From the NCBI GenBank assembly GCA_963748015.1, contig CAVVHE010000005.1:512001-576000 (forward strand): a DNA stretch of 64,000 nucleotides, written 5' to 3'. The position numbers were made by a program, and so were the translations under genes. The stretch is from Terriglobia bacterium (GTDB lineage Bacteria; Acidobacteriota; Polarisedimenticolia; Polarisedimenticolales; JAIQFR01). Below the pieces are notes generated by a model. That model was not told where the DNA came from. It searched no databases and saw nothing but the letters and a program-made list of their open reading frames with translations. Positions 19,345-28,507 of this stretch are shown here, in pieces; positions within the stretch are counted from its first letter, which is position 1; every line of letters begins with the position of its first letter.

Positions 19345-20385
19345 TCAGTCGAGCGCCAGCCATCGGGTCAGCGGCGGACCCAGCCGCCGGGTCACCGGCA
19401 CGGGCAGGCGTTTCCACGCCTCGATGAAGATCTTTAGCTTGGGGTTCGACGGGTTGACGTTCGGGATCGTCTGCCCCTCCGCGAGGACGTACTGGTACGC
19501 GAGGGGCGCGGGCTCGAAACCCCAGTGCCGCTTGAAATCGTAGGAGCCGGCGCCCTCGCGGCTCCGGCCGAAGTCGAACACCCGGTACCCGTCGAGACAG
19601 GACTGCCGCATGAGATCCCAGTACATGAAGTCGTTCACGGCGAGGCGAAACGCCTCGGGCCTCGCCGCGCCGTAGTAGGGCATGACGCGATCGCCGTAGT
19701 AGAGCGAGATGACCCCGGACAGCGGGCGACCCTCGTGCCAGATCGTGAGCAGCTGGGCGTCCTTCCCGAAACGGTCCCGGATGGACTCGAACAGGCCGAC
19801 GGAGTACGGGGGGGAGCCGAGCCGGCGGCGGTTCGCGAGGTAGATCTCGTAGAACTCCCCCAGCGCCTCCCATCCCCGCCGGGCCTCGAGATCGTTCTTG
19901 ATTCCCTGGCGGACCATGCGCCGCTGCTTCCTCGGGATCGCCTCGAGGTTGGCCTCGGGGTCGGCCTCGATCGGCTTCGTGAAGACCGTGTAGAGGGTCT
20001 TCGTGGGCAGCCCCTCCGCCGGGGCGTGCAGGTTGCGCAGCTCGACGAAGCGCGTCTTGAGCCGGGTCACGAGATGCCGGGCCTCGTCGAGGAGCGCGTC
20101 GCGGGCGGCGGGATCGGCCCCGCAGACGCCGCCGTAGACCCCGCAGGGAACCGAGATCAGCGAGCGGCCGGAAAGGAGGCCGCGGACCTCGAACAGCGGC
20201 AGCACGCCCAGGATCTCGGCGCCTTCCGCGGCGATGAGGTAGTGGGGCCGGTGCCGGAATACGTCCTCGACGACCCGCTTCCAGGCGGACAGGTGGAAGA
20301 CCGTGCCGTCGGGAGACGACCGCACGAAGCGATCCCAGACGCCCTCGTCCTCGAATCCGCGCTCTCCCAGCAGATGGATGTTCAA
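19345..20385 (-). CDS. FemAB-related (GNAT-fold) protein, XrtA/PEP-CTERM-associated
   Basis: TTG start after GGAGGT; 'WDRFV...TVFHL', 'IPRKQRRMVR', 'FDFGRSREG', 'FKRHWGF', 'NPSNPK'. Confidence 0.88.
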   Translation of the reverse strand: MNIHLLGERGFEDEGVWDRFVRSSPDGTVFHLSAWKRVVEDVFRHRPHYLIAAEGAEILGVLPLFEVRGLLSGRSLISVPCGVYGGVCGADPAARDALLDEARHLVTRLKTRFVELRNLHAPAEGLPTKTLYTVFTKPIEADPEANLEAIPRKQRRMVRQGIKNDLEARRGWEALGEFYEIYLANRRRLGSPPYSVGLFESIRDRFGKDAQLLTIWHEGRPLSGVISLYYGDRVMPYYGAARPEAFRLAVNDFMYWDLMRQSCLDGYRVFDFGRSREGAGSYDFKRHWGFEPAPLAYQYVLAEGQTIPNVNPSNPKLKIFIEAWKRLPVPVTRRLGPPLTRWLALD

Positions 20386-20413
20386 AGGGTACCGACCTCC
20401 GTCGACGCGGCCG

Positions 20414-21301
20414 CTAGGCCGTGAGCGGGTTCGCTGTCTCCCACTCGTCCAGAACCTGGCGCATCGGAGCAAAGGCGTGCCGCTTGACGAGGCCGCGGAG
20501 CTTGCCGGCCGTCGTTCCGAGCCCCCAGTAGTGCCGCAGACGGCTGGCGAGCGGCGCCGCGATGCGGGGCTGCCCGGGATCGACCTCCCACGGATGGACG
20601 TAGACGACCACCGGCATCCGCTCCCTCCGGTTCAGCCAGTAGACGGCGAACCGGGTAACCGCGGTGGGGTAGATCCGCAGGTAGCCTCCGCCGGCGACCG
20701 GCAGCGTCGCCTTTCCCCGGCCCAGCGTGGACGGAGGCACCTCGAGGAGCGTGGCCCCGCCCGGGGTCGCGAGTCGGTGGATCCTCCGCGGCGCGCCGGG
20801 CATCCCGTACCGGTCGTGCGTGACGGGAAACAAGCTCGAGTCGTACGCGAAGCCGGCCTCCGCCAGCTCGTCGAGCGCCCAGAGGTTCGTGGGGCCGATC
20901 GAGAACGAGGCCGCGCGGTAGCCGAGCACCGGCTGGCCGGAGACGTCCTGCAGGATCCTGCGGGAGAGGCGGGTCTCCTCGCGGAACTCCGCCGGCGTCT
21001 GCTCGTAGACGAGCCGGTGGCTGTACCCGTGCGAGGAGATCTCGTGGCCGCGGCCGGCGATACGCCGGACGAGGGCGGGATGCCGCTCCGCGACCCAGCC
21101 GAGCACGAAGAACGTCGCCTGCACGCCGCACGCGTCGAACAGGTCGAGCAGGCGGCCGGTGTTGGCCTCGACGCGGCTCTCGTGGGATTCCCACGCGTCG
21201 CGGCGCACCGTCCCCGCGAACCCCGAGACCTGGAAGTGCTCCTCCACGTCCACGGTGAGCGCGTTGAGGATCTTTCCGTCACCGGTCGATTTCGAGTTCA
21301 T
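20414..21301 (-). CDS. XrtA-system polysaccharide deacetylase (DUF3473-containing)
   Basis: 'NALTVDVEEHFQVS', 'ATFFVLGWVAER', 'SHGYSH', 'GYRAASFS', 'GGGYLR', 'HPWEVDP'. Confidence 0.92.
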   Translation of the reverse strand: MNSKSTGDGKILNALTVDVEEHFQVSGFAGTVRRDAWESHESRVEANTGRLLDLFDACGVQATFFVLGWVAERHPALVRRIAGRGHEISSHGYSHRLVYEQTPAEFREETRLSRRILQDVSGQPVLGYRAASFSIGPTNLWALDELAEAGFAYDSSLFPVTHDRYGMPGAPRRIHRLATPGGATLLEVPPSTLGRGKATLPVAGGGYLRIYPTAVTRFAVYWLNRRERMPVVVYVHPWEVDPGQPRIAAPLASRLRHYWGLGTTAGKLRGLVKRHAFAPMRQVLDEWETANPLTA

Positions 21302-21384
21302 CCTGCAAGTCCGCTTTCAAATGGGTAGAATCCGGCCGTCCCGGAAACCGAGACATGATGCATCGTTCACCGGCAGGCCGCGCC

Positions 21385-22653
21385 ATGAGCACCTCGACCC
21401 GAGCGGCGCGAGCCCTCGAGCGGCGGTGCTGGCCGCTCCTCCTCTCCGTCTGCCGCCGGGACGCCGTGGAGTCCCTTGCGGGCGGGGCCTGGCGCCCCGT
21501 CCCCGACCGCGCCGCCTTGGAGGGCGTCGCCCGCCTCGCCGCGCGCCACAACCTGCTCGGCCTCGTGCTCTCGACGCTCGACCGCGCGGCGCGTCTCGAC
21601 GGGAAGATCGCCCCGGCGCTCCCCGCGGTGTTCTCTCGCCTCCCGCATCTTCGCCGCCGGGCGGCCCTGCTCGAGATACAGCGGGACGTCGTCGCGGAGA
21701 TCCTCCGGAAGTCGGGGGTCGAGCCGGTGTTGCTGAAGGGCGCCGCGCTCCTCGGCACGCTGTACGAAGATCCGACCGAGAGAGACCTCCTGGACGTGGA
21801 CGTGCTGGTGCCCGAGGAGCGCCTCAAGTTCGCCGTTCGCGCGCTGGCGGCGGCGGGGTACGCCGGCCCGGCCACGTGGAAGGAGCTCTGCACGTTTCGA
21901 CGCCATCACTTCCACATTCCGATGGAGTTTCCGAGCGCTCCGACCGTCGAGATCCACTGGGAGCTCTCGAGACCCGACGCCCACTTCCGCCTGAGCGGGA
22001 GCAACGTGTGGGACCGGGCCGTCCGGAACGCCCGGACGGGAGAGCCGGTCCTGCGCGTGCCGACCGCGGAGCACATGATGCTTCACCTCGTGCTCCAGAA
22101 CGTGCAGGAGGGTTTCACCCGGCTCGGGCGCCTCGTGGACATCGACCGGATCGTCGCGACGACCCCCTCGATCGACTGGACCGCGTTCGCGTCGGAGGCG
22201 CGGGAGGGCAACCTCGGATCGCCCGCTGCGCTCTCCCTCCAACTCGCGGGGCGCCTCCTCGGCACAAGGGTTCCCGCGAGCGTCCTGGACGAGCTCCGCC
22301 CCGGTCCGGTGTCCCGCGCTCGCATCTCCCTGCTCCACGCGCTCCGCCCCGCGCCACCCGGGCTTGCGCTCGGCGAGGCCGGACGGAATCTGCTCCATTT
22401 CTGGCTGCTCCCCACCGTCCGGACACGCGTCCCGATGCTGGCCGGGCTTCTCCGACGGGCCCCGGCCTTACCGTCCCTCAAGCCTCGCCCCGGCCTGGTC
22501 CGCCGCATTGGGATGCTGGGGAAGATGGCTGCTCTGGACGCGTGGGCAACCCTCTCCTCCCCGCTGCTGCTTGCGACCCCGGCCGGTAGGGCCAGCACCC
22601 GGCTCTGGTCGATCAAGCGCCCGCCGAGGAGAGAAGGCGCCACGCATCGATGA
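21385..22653 (+). CDS. Nucleotidyltransferase family protein (NTP_transf_5-like)
   Basis: 'VLLKGAAL...Y...R...DVDVLV', 'VEIHW', 'RLVDI'. Confidence 0.85.
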   Translation: MSTSTRAARALERRCWPLLLSVCRRDAVESLAGGAWRPVPDRAALEGVARLAARHNLLGLVLSTLDRAARLDGKIAPALPAVFSRLPHLRRRAALLEIQRDVVAEILRKSGVEPVLLKGAALLGTLYEDPTERDLLDVDVLVPEERLKFAVRALAAAGYAGPATWKELCTFRRHHFHIPMEFPSAPTVEIHWELSRPDAHFRLSGSNVWDRAVRNARTGEPVLRVPTAEHMMLHLVLQNVQEGFTRLGRLVDIDRIVATTPSIDWTAFASEAREGNLGSPAALSLQLAGRLLGTRVPASVLDELRPGPVSRARISLLHALRPAPPGLALGEAGRNLLHFWLLPTVRTRVPMLAGLLRRAPALPSLKPRPGLVRRIGMLGKMAALDAWATLSSPLLLATPAGRASTRLWSIKRPPRREGATHR

Positions 22654-23629
22654 GGGCGGCGGCGGTCTCGAGCGGATCGTGCCGGAGCTTCGGCCCCGCT
22701 CCGAGGAGGTTTCTCCGCACCACCGTGACGCCTCGCGGGCCGCGATCCGGCCACTCGAGCGGGTGAGCGCCCTCGGCGAGGTATCGGTCGAGGGTTCCCG
22801 TGTCGATCGGGCCTTCGTGCACGACGGCGGCGTCCACGATCCGTCCGCCGGCGTGATCGTGAATGATGTCGAGGTGTTCGGCCAGTCCGAGCCCGGCCGC
22901 CTCGCCTCTCTCGCTGACCAGGTTGGCGACCAGGATCACCGCGGCGCGCGTGCGCCGGAGCGCCTCGCCGACCTCCCGCACCACGAGGTTCGGAACGATG
23001 CTCGTGTAAATGCTGCCGGGACCGAGCACCACGAGATCCGCCCTGAGCACGGCCTCCACGACGCCCGGGGTGGGCTTCGCGTCGGGAGGGGCCAGTAGGA
23101 TCCTCCGGATCCTCCTGGGGCTTCTCGTGATCTCGGATTCTCCGACGAGGCTCGATCCGTCCTCGAGGATGGCCTCGAGCCGCACGTCGTCCAGCGTCAC
23201 CGGCAGGATCCGCCCCGCGGTCCGAAGGACGCGGCTCGAAAGCTCGACGGCCTTGAGGAAGCTCCCGGCCCGCTCCGCCAGCGCCGTCAGGATCAGATTT
23301 CCCACGGTGTGGCCGCCGAGCTCGTCGGTGCCGCCGTAGCGGTGCTGGAACAGGTCGGCGAGGACCCCTTCCTCCTCCGAGAGGGCGACCAGGCAGTTCC
23401 TCACGTCGCCGGGGGGGGGCACGCCCATCGTCCGGCGAAGCCTCCCCGAGCTCCCGCCGTCGTCGGTCATCGCGACGACCGCGGTCAGTGCGGCGATGTC
23501 GCCACCGCTCACGAAACCCCGGAGCCCTCGAAGGACGGCGGGCAGCCCCGTGCCGCCACCGAGGGCCACGACGCGGCGCGGTGCCTGCCGCGGCACGGCA
23601 CGGGTCGCGGGGCGGGTGGTGATCGTCAT
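22613..23629 (-). CDS. yvcK: YvcK/CofD family UDP-sugar-binding protein
   Basis: 'VALGGGTGL', 'DDGGSSGRLR', 'PPGDVRNCL', 'GHTVGNL', 'GPGSIYTSIVPNL'. Confidence 0.9.
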   Translation of the reverse strand: MTITTRPATRAVPRQAPRRVVALGGGTGLPAVLRGLRGFVSGGDIAALTAVVAMTDDGGSSGRLRRTMGVPPPGDVRNCLVALSEEEGVLADLFQHRYGGTDELGGHTVGNLILTALAERAGSFLKAVELSSRVLRTAGRILPVTLDDVRLEAILEDGSSLVGESEITRSPRRIRRILLAPPDAKPTPGVVEAVLRADLVVLGPGSIYTSIVPNLVVREVGEALRRTRAAVILVANLVSERGEAAGLGLAEHLDIIHDHAGGRIVDAAVVHEGPIDTGTLDRYLAEGAHPLEWPDRGPRGVTVVRRNLLGAGPKLRHDPLETAAALIDAWRLLSSAGA

Positions 23630-24460
23630 TTCTCGGAGCTCTTCTGGTAGTAGGAGTGATAGTAGTCGCTGTAGTGGTTGTAGTTCGCCACGCTGAACGC
23701 CACGTCGTTGAAGACCGTGCCGAGAATGCGGGCGGAGGTTATCTGCGCGAGCGCCTGGGTGAAGGCCGTCTTGGGCGTCGAGCCGGACCGGACGACGAGG
23801 ATGACGCCGTCTGCGATGGCACCCAGCGCGTCGGCGTCGGTGAACGGCACGACCGGCGGCGTGTCGACGATGACCCGCTGGTATCCTTCACGCAGCGTCG
23901 CGATCAGGCTCTTGCACGCCTCCGACGAGATCAGATCGACCGGGTTCGCCTCCGGCTTGCCGCCGGGAAGCACCCTCAGCGGAGAGTTCTTGAAGCGGAC
24001 CAGCGCGTGCTCCAGCCCCACGCGGCCGCGGAGAACCTCGCTCAGCCCCAGTGCGGCCTCCGGGTGGATCAGGCGATGGACGGTCGGCCGCCGGAGGTCG
24101 GCGTCCACCAGCACCGTCCGACCGGGGTCGCCCGAGAACGCCAGCGCGAGATTCAACGCCACGAAGGACTTCCCCTCGCGGGGCGCCGCGCTCGTGACCA
24201 CGATGACCTGGGCCGAGTCCTTGTACTCGTTGGCGATCTTGGTCTTCAGCCGCTGGAATTTCTCGGCCGCCACGGACGGGCGCCGACCCGAGCATGACGA
24301 CCGTCGGGGAAGCCAGCAGGGTTCGTGGCACGACCTGCGCCAGCGGCACGCCGGCGGCGAGGCTCTCGACGGCCGCCTCGTCGCTCGCGGCGGCTCCCTC
24401 GCCGGCGGGAGAGGACCCGCCGGGAGGCTCGACACCGAAGCGGAAATCGATCCGGGGCAT
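23626..24460 (-). CDS. CpsD/CapB family bacterial tyrosine kinase; one apparent frameshift near 24279
   Basis: 'AEKFQRL', Walker A 'TSAAPREGKS', 'VDADLRRP', 'VDTPP', Tyr-rich tail 'YNHYSDYYHSYY'; length is 3n+1. Confidence 0.88.
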
Positions 24461-24534
24461 GCGAACTCCCTAGCGCAGAACGACGGCGGCCGTCAGGAGG
24501 ACAACCACCGAGACCGCCGAAAGACCGATGTTCA

Positions 24535-25968
24535 TCAGATGCGCCTGCGCCGGTCCCCGAGGACCGTTTCCGGGACCTGCAGCCGGGGAATGCTCACCAG
24601 GAACGGCACCTCCGCGGAGAGGGAGCGGAGCGTCGCCTCGGAGTTGACGAGGGGCCGGAGGATAACGAGGAGCACCAAGGGCCCCACGAACCCGGCGAGC
24701 CCGATCACGATCGCGACACCGAACACCCGCAGCGGCGCGGGGCTGGTTGGCAGCACGGGAGGAAAGGCGCGCTCGAGGACCTCGAACTGCTCCCCTTTTC
24801 GAGTCTCCTCCATCTCCTGCGATGTTCTCGCGGCCTCGACCTTGGACTGGTACGACTTGTACTGCTCGAGCAGGACGTCGTACCCCTTGCTGAGCTCGGA
24901 CAGCTGGAACTCGATCTGCGGGGTCTGCTCGATGCGCCGCTCGTAGACGGCGATCTCCCCGCGGATCTTCTGCGCCGCCGCCTCGATGTCGGCGACCTGG
25001 CCCTCCATCATGGTGCGCTGCATTCGCATCCCGTCGGCCGGTTTCGACGCGGCGGGGGGTGGCGGCTTCTCGCTCTTGCCGTCGGCCTTGATCGCGGCCC
25101 GGGCCTCGTCCAGCTCCCGCTGCTTCGCCTTGACCTGCGGGTGCTCGTCGGAGTACCGGAGCTTGAGGGTCTGCAGCTCGCGCTCGAGCGCCGTAACGCG
25201 GGCCCCTCCGCTCGACGGGGATGGACCCCTCGGCGCGATCGCCGGCGCCGACTCCGCCTCCTTCTCCATCTCGGTGACGACGCGGAGCGCCTCGCGCGCG
25301 TCGGCGAGCTCGGCCTCCTTCGCTTCGAGGTCCTTCTGACGGGCCGCCAGGAGCTGGAGATTCGCCTGCTGGCGGTCCGCGGTCTCGTACAGATGGGCGC
25401 TCTTGAACTCCGCGATCCTCTTCTCCTGGGCTTCCAGATCGGCGCGAACCCTGGCGGCGATCTCCTGGATCGCCTTGGTCGTCTCGCCCGCGCGGGTGGT
25501 CCGGTACCGGGTGTTCTCCTGGATGTAGAGGTCGGCGAGCGTGTTCACGACGCTCGCGGCCCTGGCCGGGATCACGTCGCGGAAGGAAATCTCGAAGACG
25601 CCGCCGATCACCTGGACGGCGACCCTCCCGCGGATCGACTGGATCAGGCTCTCCATCCCCTCGTTCGCGCTCGGCACCGGCTTGAACTCGCTCTGGATGA
25701 GCTTCTCGAGGAGCGGCCTGCTGAGAACCGCCTGCTCGAGCGAGGCCATTCTCATGGACACATCGTCCACGACCGTCGTGCGGACGAAGTCCTCCGGTAC
25801 CTTCGGGGGAGCGACGAAGATCTTCGTCTTCGCTTGGTAGACCTTCGGGAGATAGTGCATCCCGCAGAGGCCGCCGGCGGCGCCGAGACAGATCCCCGCC
25901 ACGATCGTCCACCAGGACCGCAGGACGCGGTCGAGGATCTCGATCAAGGTGTCGGCGCTGAAGTCCAT
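24535..25968 (-). CDS. Polysaccharide co-polymerase / chain-length determinant (Wzz/Wzc/GumC-like)
   Basis: Two TM segments flanking a coiled coil; 'LRYSDEHPQV', 'KGEQFEVLERAFPPVLP'. Confidence 0.9.
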   Translation of the reverse strand: MDFSADTLIEILDRVLRSWWTIVAGICLGAAGGLCGMHYLPKVYQAKTKIFVAPPKVPEDFVRTTVVDDVSMRMASLEQAVLSRPLLEKLIQSEFKPVPSANEGMESLIQSIRGRVAVQVIGGVFEISFRDVIPARAASVVNTLADLYIQENTRYRTTRAGETTKAIQEIAARVRADLEAQEKRIAEFKSAHLYETADRQQANLQLLAARQKDLEAKEAELADAREALRVVTEMEKEAESAPAIAPRGPSPSSGGARVTALERELQTLKLRYSDEHPQVKAKQRELDEARAAIKADGKSEKPPPPAASKPADGMRMQRTMMEGQVADIEAAAQKIRGEIAVYERRIEQTPQIEFQLSELSKGYDVLLEQYKSYQSKVEAARTSQEMEETRKGEQFEVLERAFPPVLPTSPAPLRVFGVAIVIGLAGFVGPLVLLVILRPLVNSEATLRSLSAEVPFLVSIPRLQVPETVLGDRRRRI

Positions 25969-25980
25969 GTCCGGAATTCC

Positions 25981-27282
25981 CTAGCCTATCCTACCGAATG
26001 CGTCGCTTCCGACGCCGTAGCCCCGCGGATTCCAGACGAGCCCCACCGCCCCCGACGGCGCGGTGCCCGTGAACGCCGAGTCCCCGCTAACCTGCCGGAC
26101 GTAGATCGCCGTGAGCCGGAGCGAGAGGGCGTTGCGGAACCGTCGCTCGACGCTGCCGCCGCCCGCGATCGTCTGGACGTTGGTCATGGCGCTCTGGGTC
26201 GGCTCTCGCAGGACGTATCGACCGGAGGCGGACCAGAACCAGAGAATCGGGCGGACGTTGCTTACCGTGACCCCGACCGTGGTGTCGGTGGACGTCCCGT
26301 TCAACGTTCCCCCGTTGGACGCGCTCCTGTCCGCCAGTAAGCTGGTCGTGGTGGTCTTTCCCACCTTGGTGATGCTCAAGCCGCCGCGCGCCTGCAACCC
26401 GAGCCCCTGCTCGACGGTTACCGGCCCCCCCGGCTCGCTCGTCTTGCGGCGCTGGAAAGCGCCGACCTGGAAACCGATCGTCACGTTCTTGCCCAATCCG
26501 AGATCGAAAGTCATCGCCAGGTTATGGACTTCCTCCATGCCGGAGACGTCCAGATCGTATCTCGTGTAGCCGTAGACCCAGCCGATCGCTCTGCGGGGGG
26601 ACATCGCCATCCGGATCCCCGCGGTGGCGCCGAGCTCTCGCCGGTCCTCCACCGTGGTCGAGGCCGGCTCCGGGGGGGGCTCCTCAGGAGGCTGCTGCTC
26701 GGGCAGGCCCGAGATCTGGCGAAACCAGTATTGCGAGCCGGTGGCCGTCGCCCCGAGGGACCAGCGACCCGACCCTCGCCGATCGTACCGCAGCGTTCCT
26801 CTCAGCACCTGCCGCGTGACCCTCTGCGAAAGAAAGCGATCCGAGGCATCGACGCTGGACGGGTTCCCCTGGACCTGCCCGTAGTTGTACCCCATTGTGA
26901 AACCCACAGAAGACCGCTGGCCCGCGGGCGAGCTCAGATCCACCCCCAGCGAATGCTCGCTGTGGTCGAGTTCCGAATGAGTACGGTACTTCTCGTAGTA
27001 GCCTCCGTACCGGACTCCGGCCTGCCCGCTCTTCCCATCCCGCCGCAGCGCGAGCGAGACTCCAAGACGGGTCATCCAGTCCGGAGCGATTTGTCCCCCT
27101 CCGGCACCCAGGTACCCGACGTTGCCGGTCCGCGCCTCCTCGACGAAGACCGACGGCAGGAACGCGGTCCGCTGGGCCGTTGCCGGCCGGATGCCGAGGA
27201 CGACGACGCCTAGCAGGACGAGCGGGAGCCTCGAAAGCTCACGGAGCCGGCCGGGAAGAGCGACCCGACGCGCCTGACTCAA
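25981..27282 (-). CDS. Outer-membrane beta-barrel protein associated with EPS export
   Basis: Signal peptide, alternating beta-strand pattern, translationally coupled directly after the short Wza. Confidence 0.7.
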   Translation of the reverse strand: MSQARRVALPGRLRELSRLPLVLLGVVVLGIRPATAQRTAFLPSVFVEEARTGNVGYLGAGGGQIAPDWMTRLGVSLALRRDGKSGQAGVRYGGYYEKYRTHSELDHSEHSLGVDLSSPAGQRSSVGFTMGYNYGQVQGNPSSVDASDRFLSQRVTRQVLRGTLRYDRRGSGRWSLGATATGSQYWFRQISGLPEQQPPEEPPPEPASTTVEDRRELGATAGIRMAMSPRRAIGWVYGYTRYDLDVSGMEEVHNLAMTFDLGLGKNVTIGFQVGAFQRRKTSEPGGPVTVEQGLGLQARGGLSITKVGKTTTTSLLADRSASNGGTLNGTSTDTTVGVTVSNVRPILWFWSASGRYVLREPTQSAMTNVQTIAGGGSVERRFRNALSLRLTAIYVRQVSGDSAFTGTAPSGAVGLVWNPRGYGVGSDAFGRIG

Positions 27283-27848
27283 TCGACCACCAACGTATCG
27301 CCGGGCTTCAGGTAAACGTTCTCCTGGCCGCCATCCGCCGAAACGAGCCGCTTGTAATCGAAGCGGACACGGGTCTCCGTCTCGCCGATCTCCCGTATCA
27401 GGGTGACTCGCTTCTTGGAAAACTGCGTGAACCCTCCGGCCGCCGCGAGTGCCTGCAGGAGGCGGGTCGGACGGTTGAAGTTCACGGGACCCTGCTTGTT
27501 TACCTCGCCGAGAACGAACACGCGGAAGCTATTGATCTCCGTCACCGCAACGGACACGTTAGGGTCTTTGATAAACCCGGCCAGACGCGTGGCGACGAGC
27601 TGCCGCACCTGGTCGGGGGTCAGGTCCCTCACCTGCACGTCATTGACCAGCGGGAGCGTGATCTTCCCGTCGGGCCGCACCTTGACGGAGACGGAAAGGT
27701 CCTTCTCCCCCCAGACCGAGACGTTCAGCACGTCCTCGACCCCGATCGTGTAGTCGGGCGAAACGACCGGCTCGGTCCCCGCCGGCGCCTGCGCGAACGA
27801 GGCGCCGGCGACGAGAAAGAGCCCCGCGACCGCCACGAACCACCTCAT
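27279..27848 (-). CDS. wza: Polysaccharide export protein (short periplasmic OPX/Wza)
   Basis: 'YTIGVEDVLNVSVW', 'VRPDGKITLPLV', 'GEVNKQG', 'LKPGDTLVV'; no C-terminal OM helix. Confidence 0.92.
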   Translation of the reverse strand: MRWFVAVAGLFLVAGASFAQAPAGTEPVVSPDYTIGVEDVLNVSVWGEKDLSVSVKVRPDGKITLPLVNDVQVRDLTPDQVRQLVATRLAGFIKDPNVSVAVTEINSFRVFVLGEVNKQGPVNFNRPTRLLQALAAAGGFTQFSKKRVTLIREIGETETRVRFDYKRLVSADGGQENVYLKPGDTLVVD

Positions 27849-27929
27849 CGCTGACCTCCCGCCGGCGCGGATCCGCGGACACTTCGCCAGCCCGAGGATA
27901 CGTCTACGTAAACCCTTCCCAGAATGTAA

Positions 27930-27957
27930 ATTATAGGGCCCCAGCAGGGGGGGTCAA
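27930..27957 (-). promoter_or_regulatory. sigma70-type promoter for the wza operon
   Basis: Minus strand TTGACC-N16-TATAAT. Confidence 0.7.
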
Positions 27958-28322
27958 GCGACGGCGCCGCGTGGGGTTGGCGCGTTTCTTTCCCGGACGC
28001 GAGACCCCGTGCGCCGGTCAATCCGGCGTGTCCGGCCGCGCAACGCCAGGACCCTCCGTCGCGCGCCACCTCGCCGACGAGCCGATCGCGCGACATCTTT
28101 CGGATTTCGACATCCACTGATCAGAGTCCTGGCCCCCAACGCTCCCATCATCGCCGCGAACGGCGCCGAGTGCCACCCGTTCTCCCCGGGTACCTGCTGC
28201 CAAGAAACGTCGGTATTTGCGTTTTTCTTGCTTATTGTCACCGTCTTTCGAAGAGCCGGTCGCGATAATTAATAAGACTATATCGACGATTCCGAGACAC
28301 CTCAGAATGGGTGCAACATTCC

Positions 28323-28351
28323 TTGACAAGGACCCCGCTGCCCCGTAATCT
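28323..28351 (+). promoter_or_regulatory. sigma70-type promoter for the sugar transferase operon
   Basis: TTGACA-N17-TAATCT. Confidence 0.7.
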
Positions 28352-28507
28352 TCATGCAGTCTCCAGCGTTGAGACGGCGTGACAAGTTCAGGGTGCGTGT
28401 TCGTTCCGAGGGGGGCTGCACCCAGGAGGTGCAATGATCGCCCGCGGTGAGGACGACGCGTTTTATATTGGCCCGAGGCGGCCTCAACTCGATCCCCGGT
28501 GGTCTCG

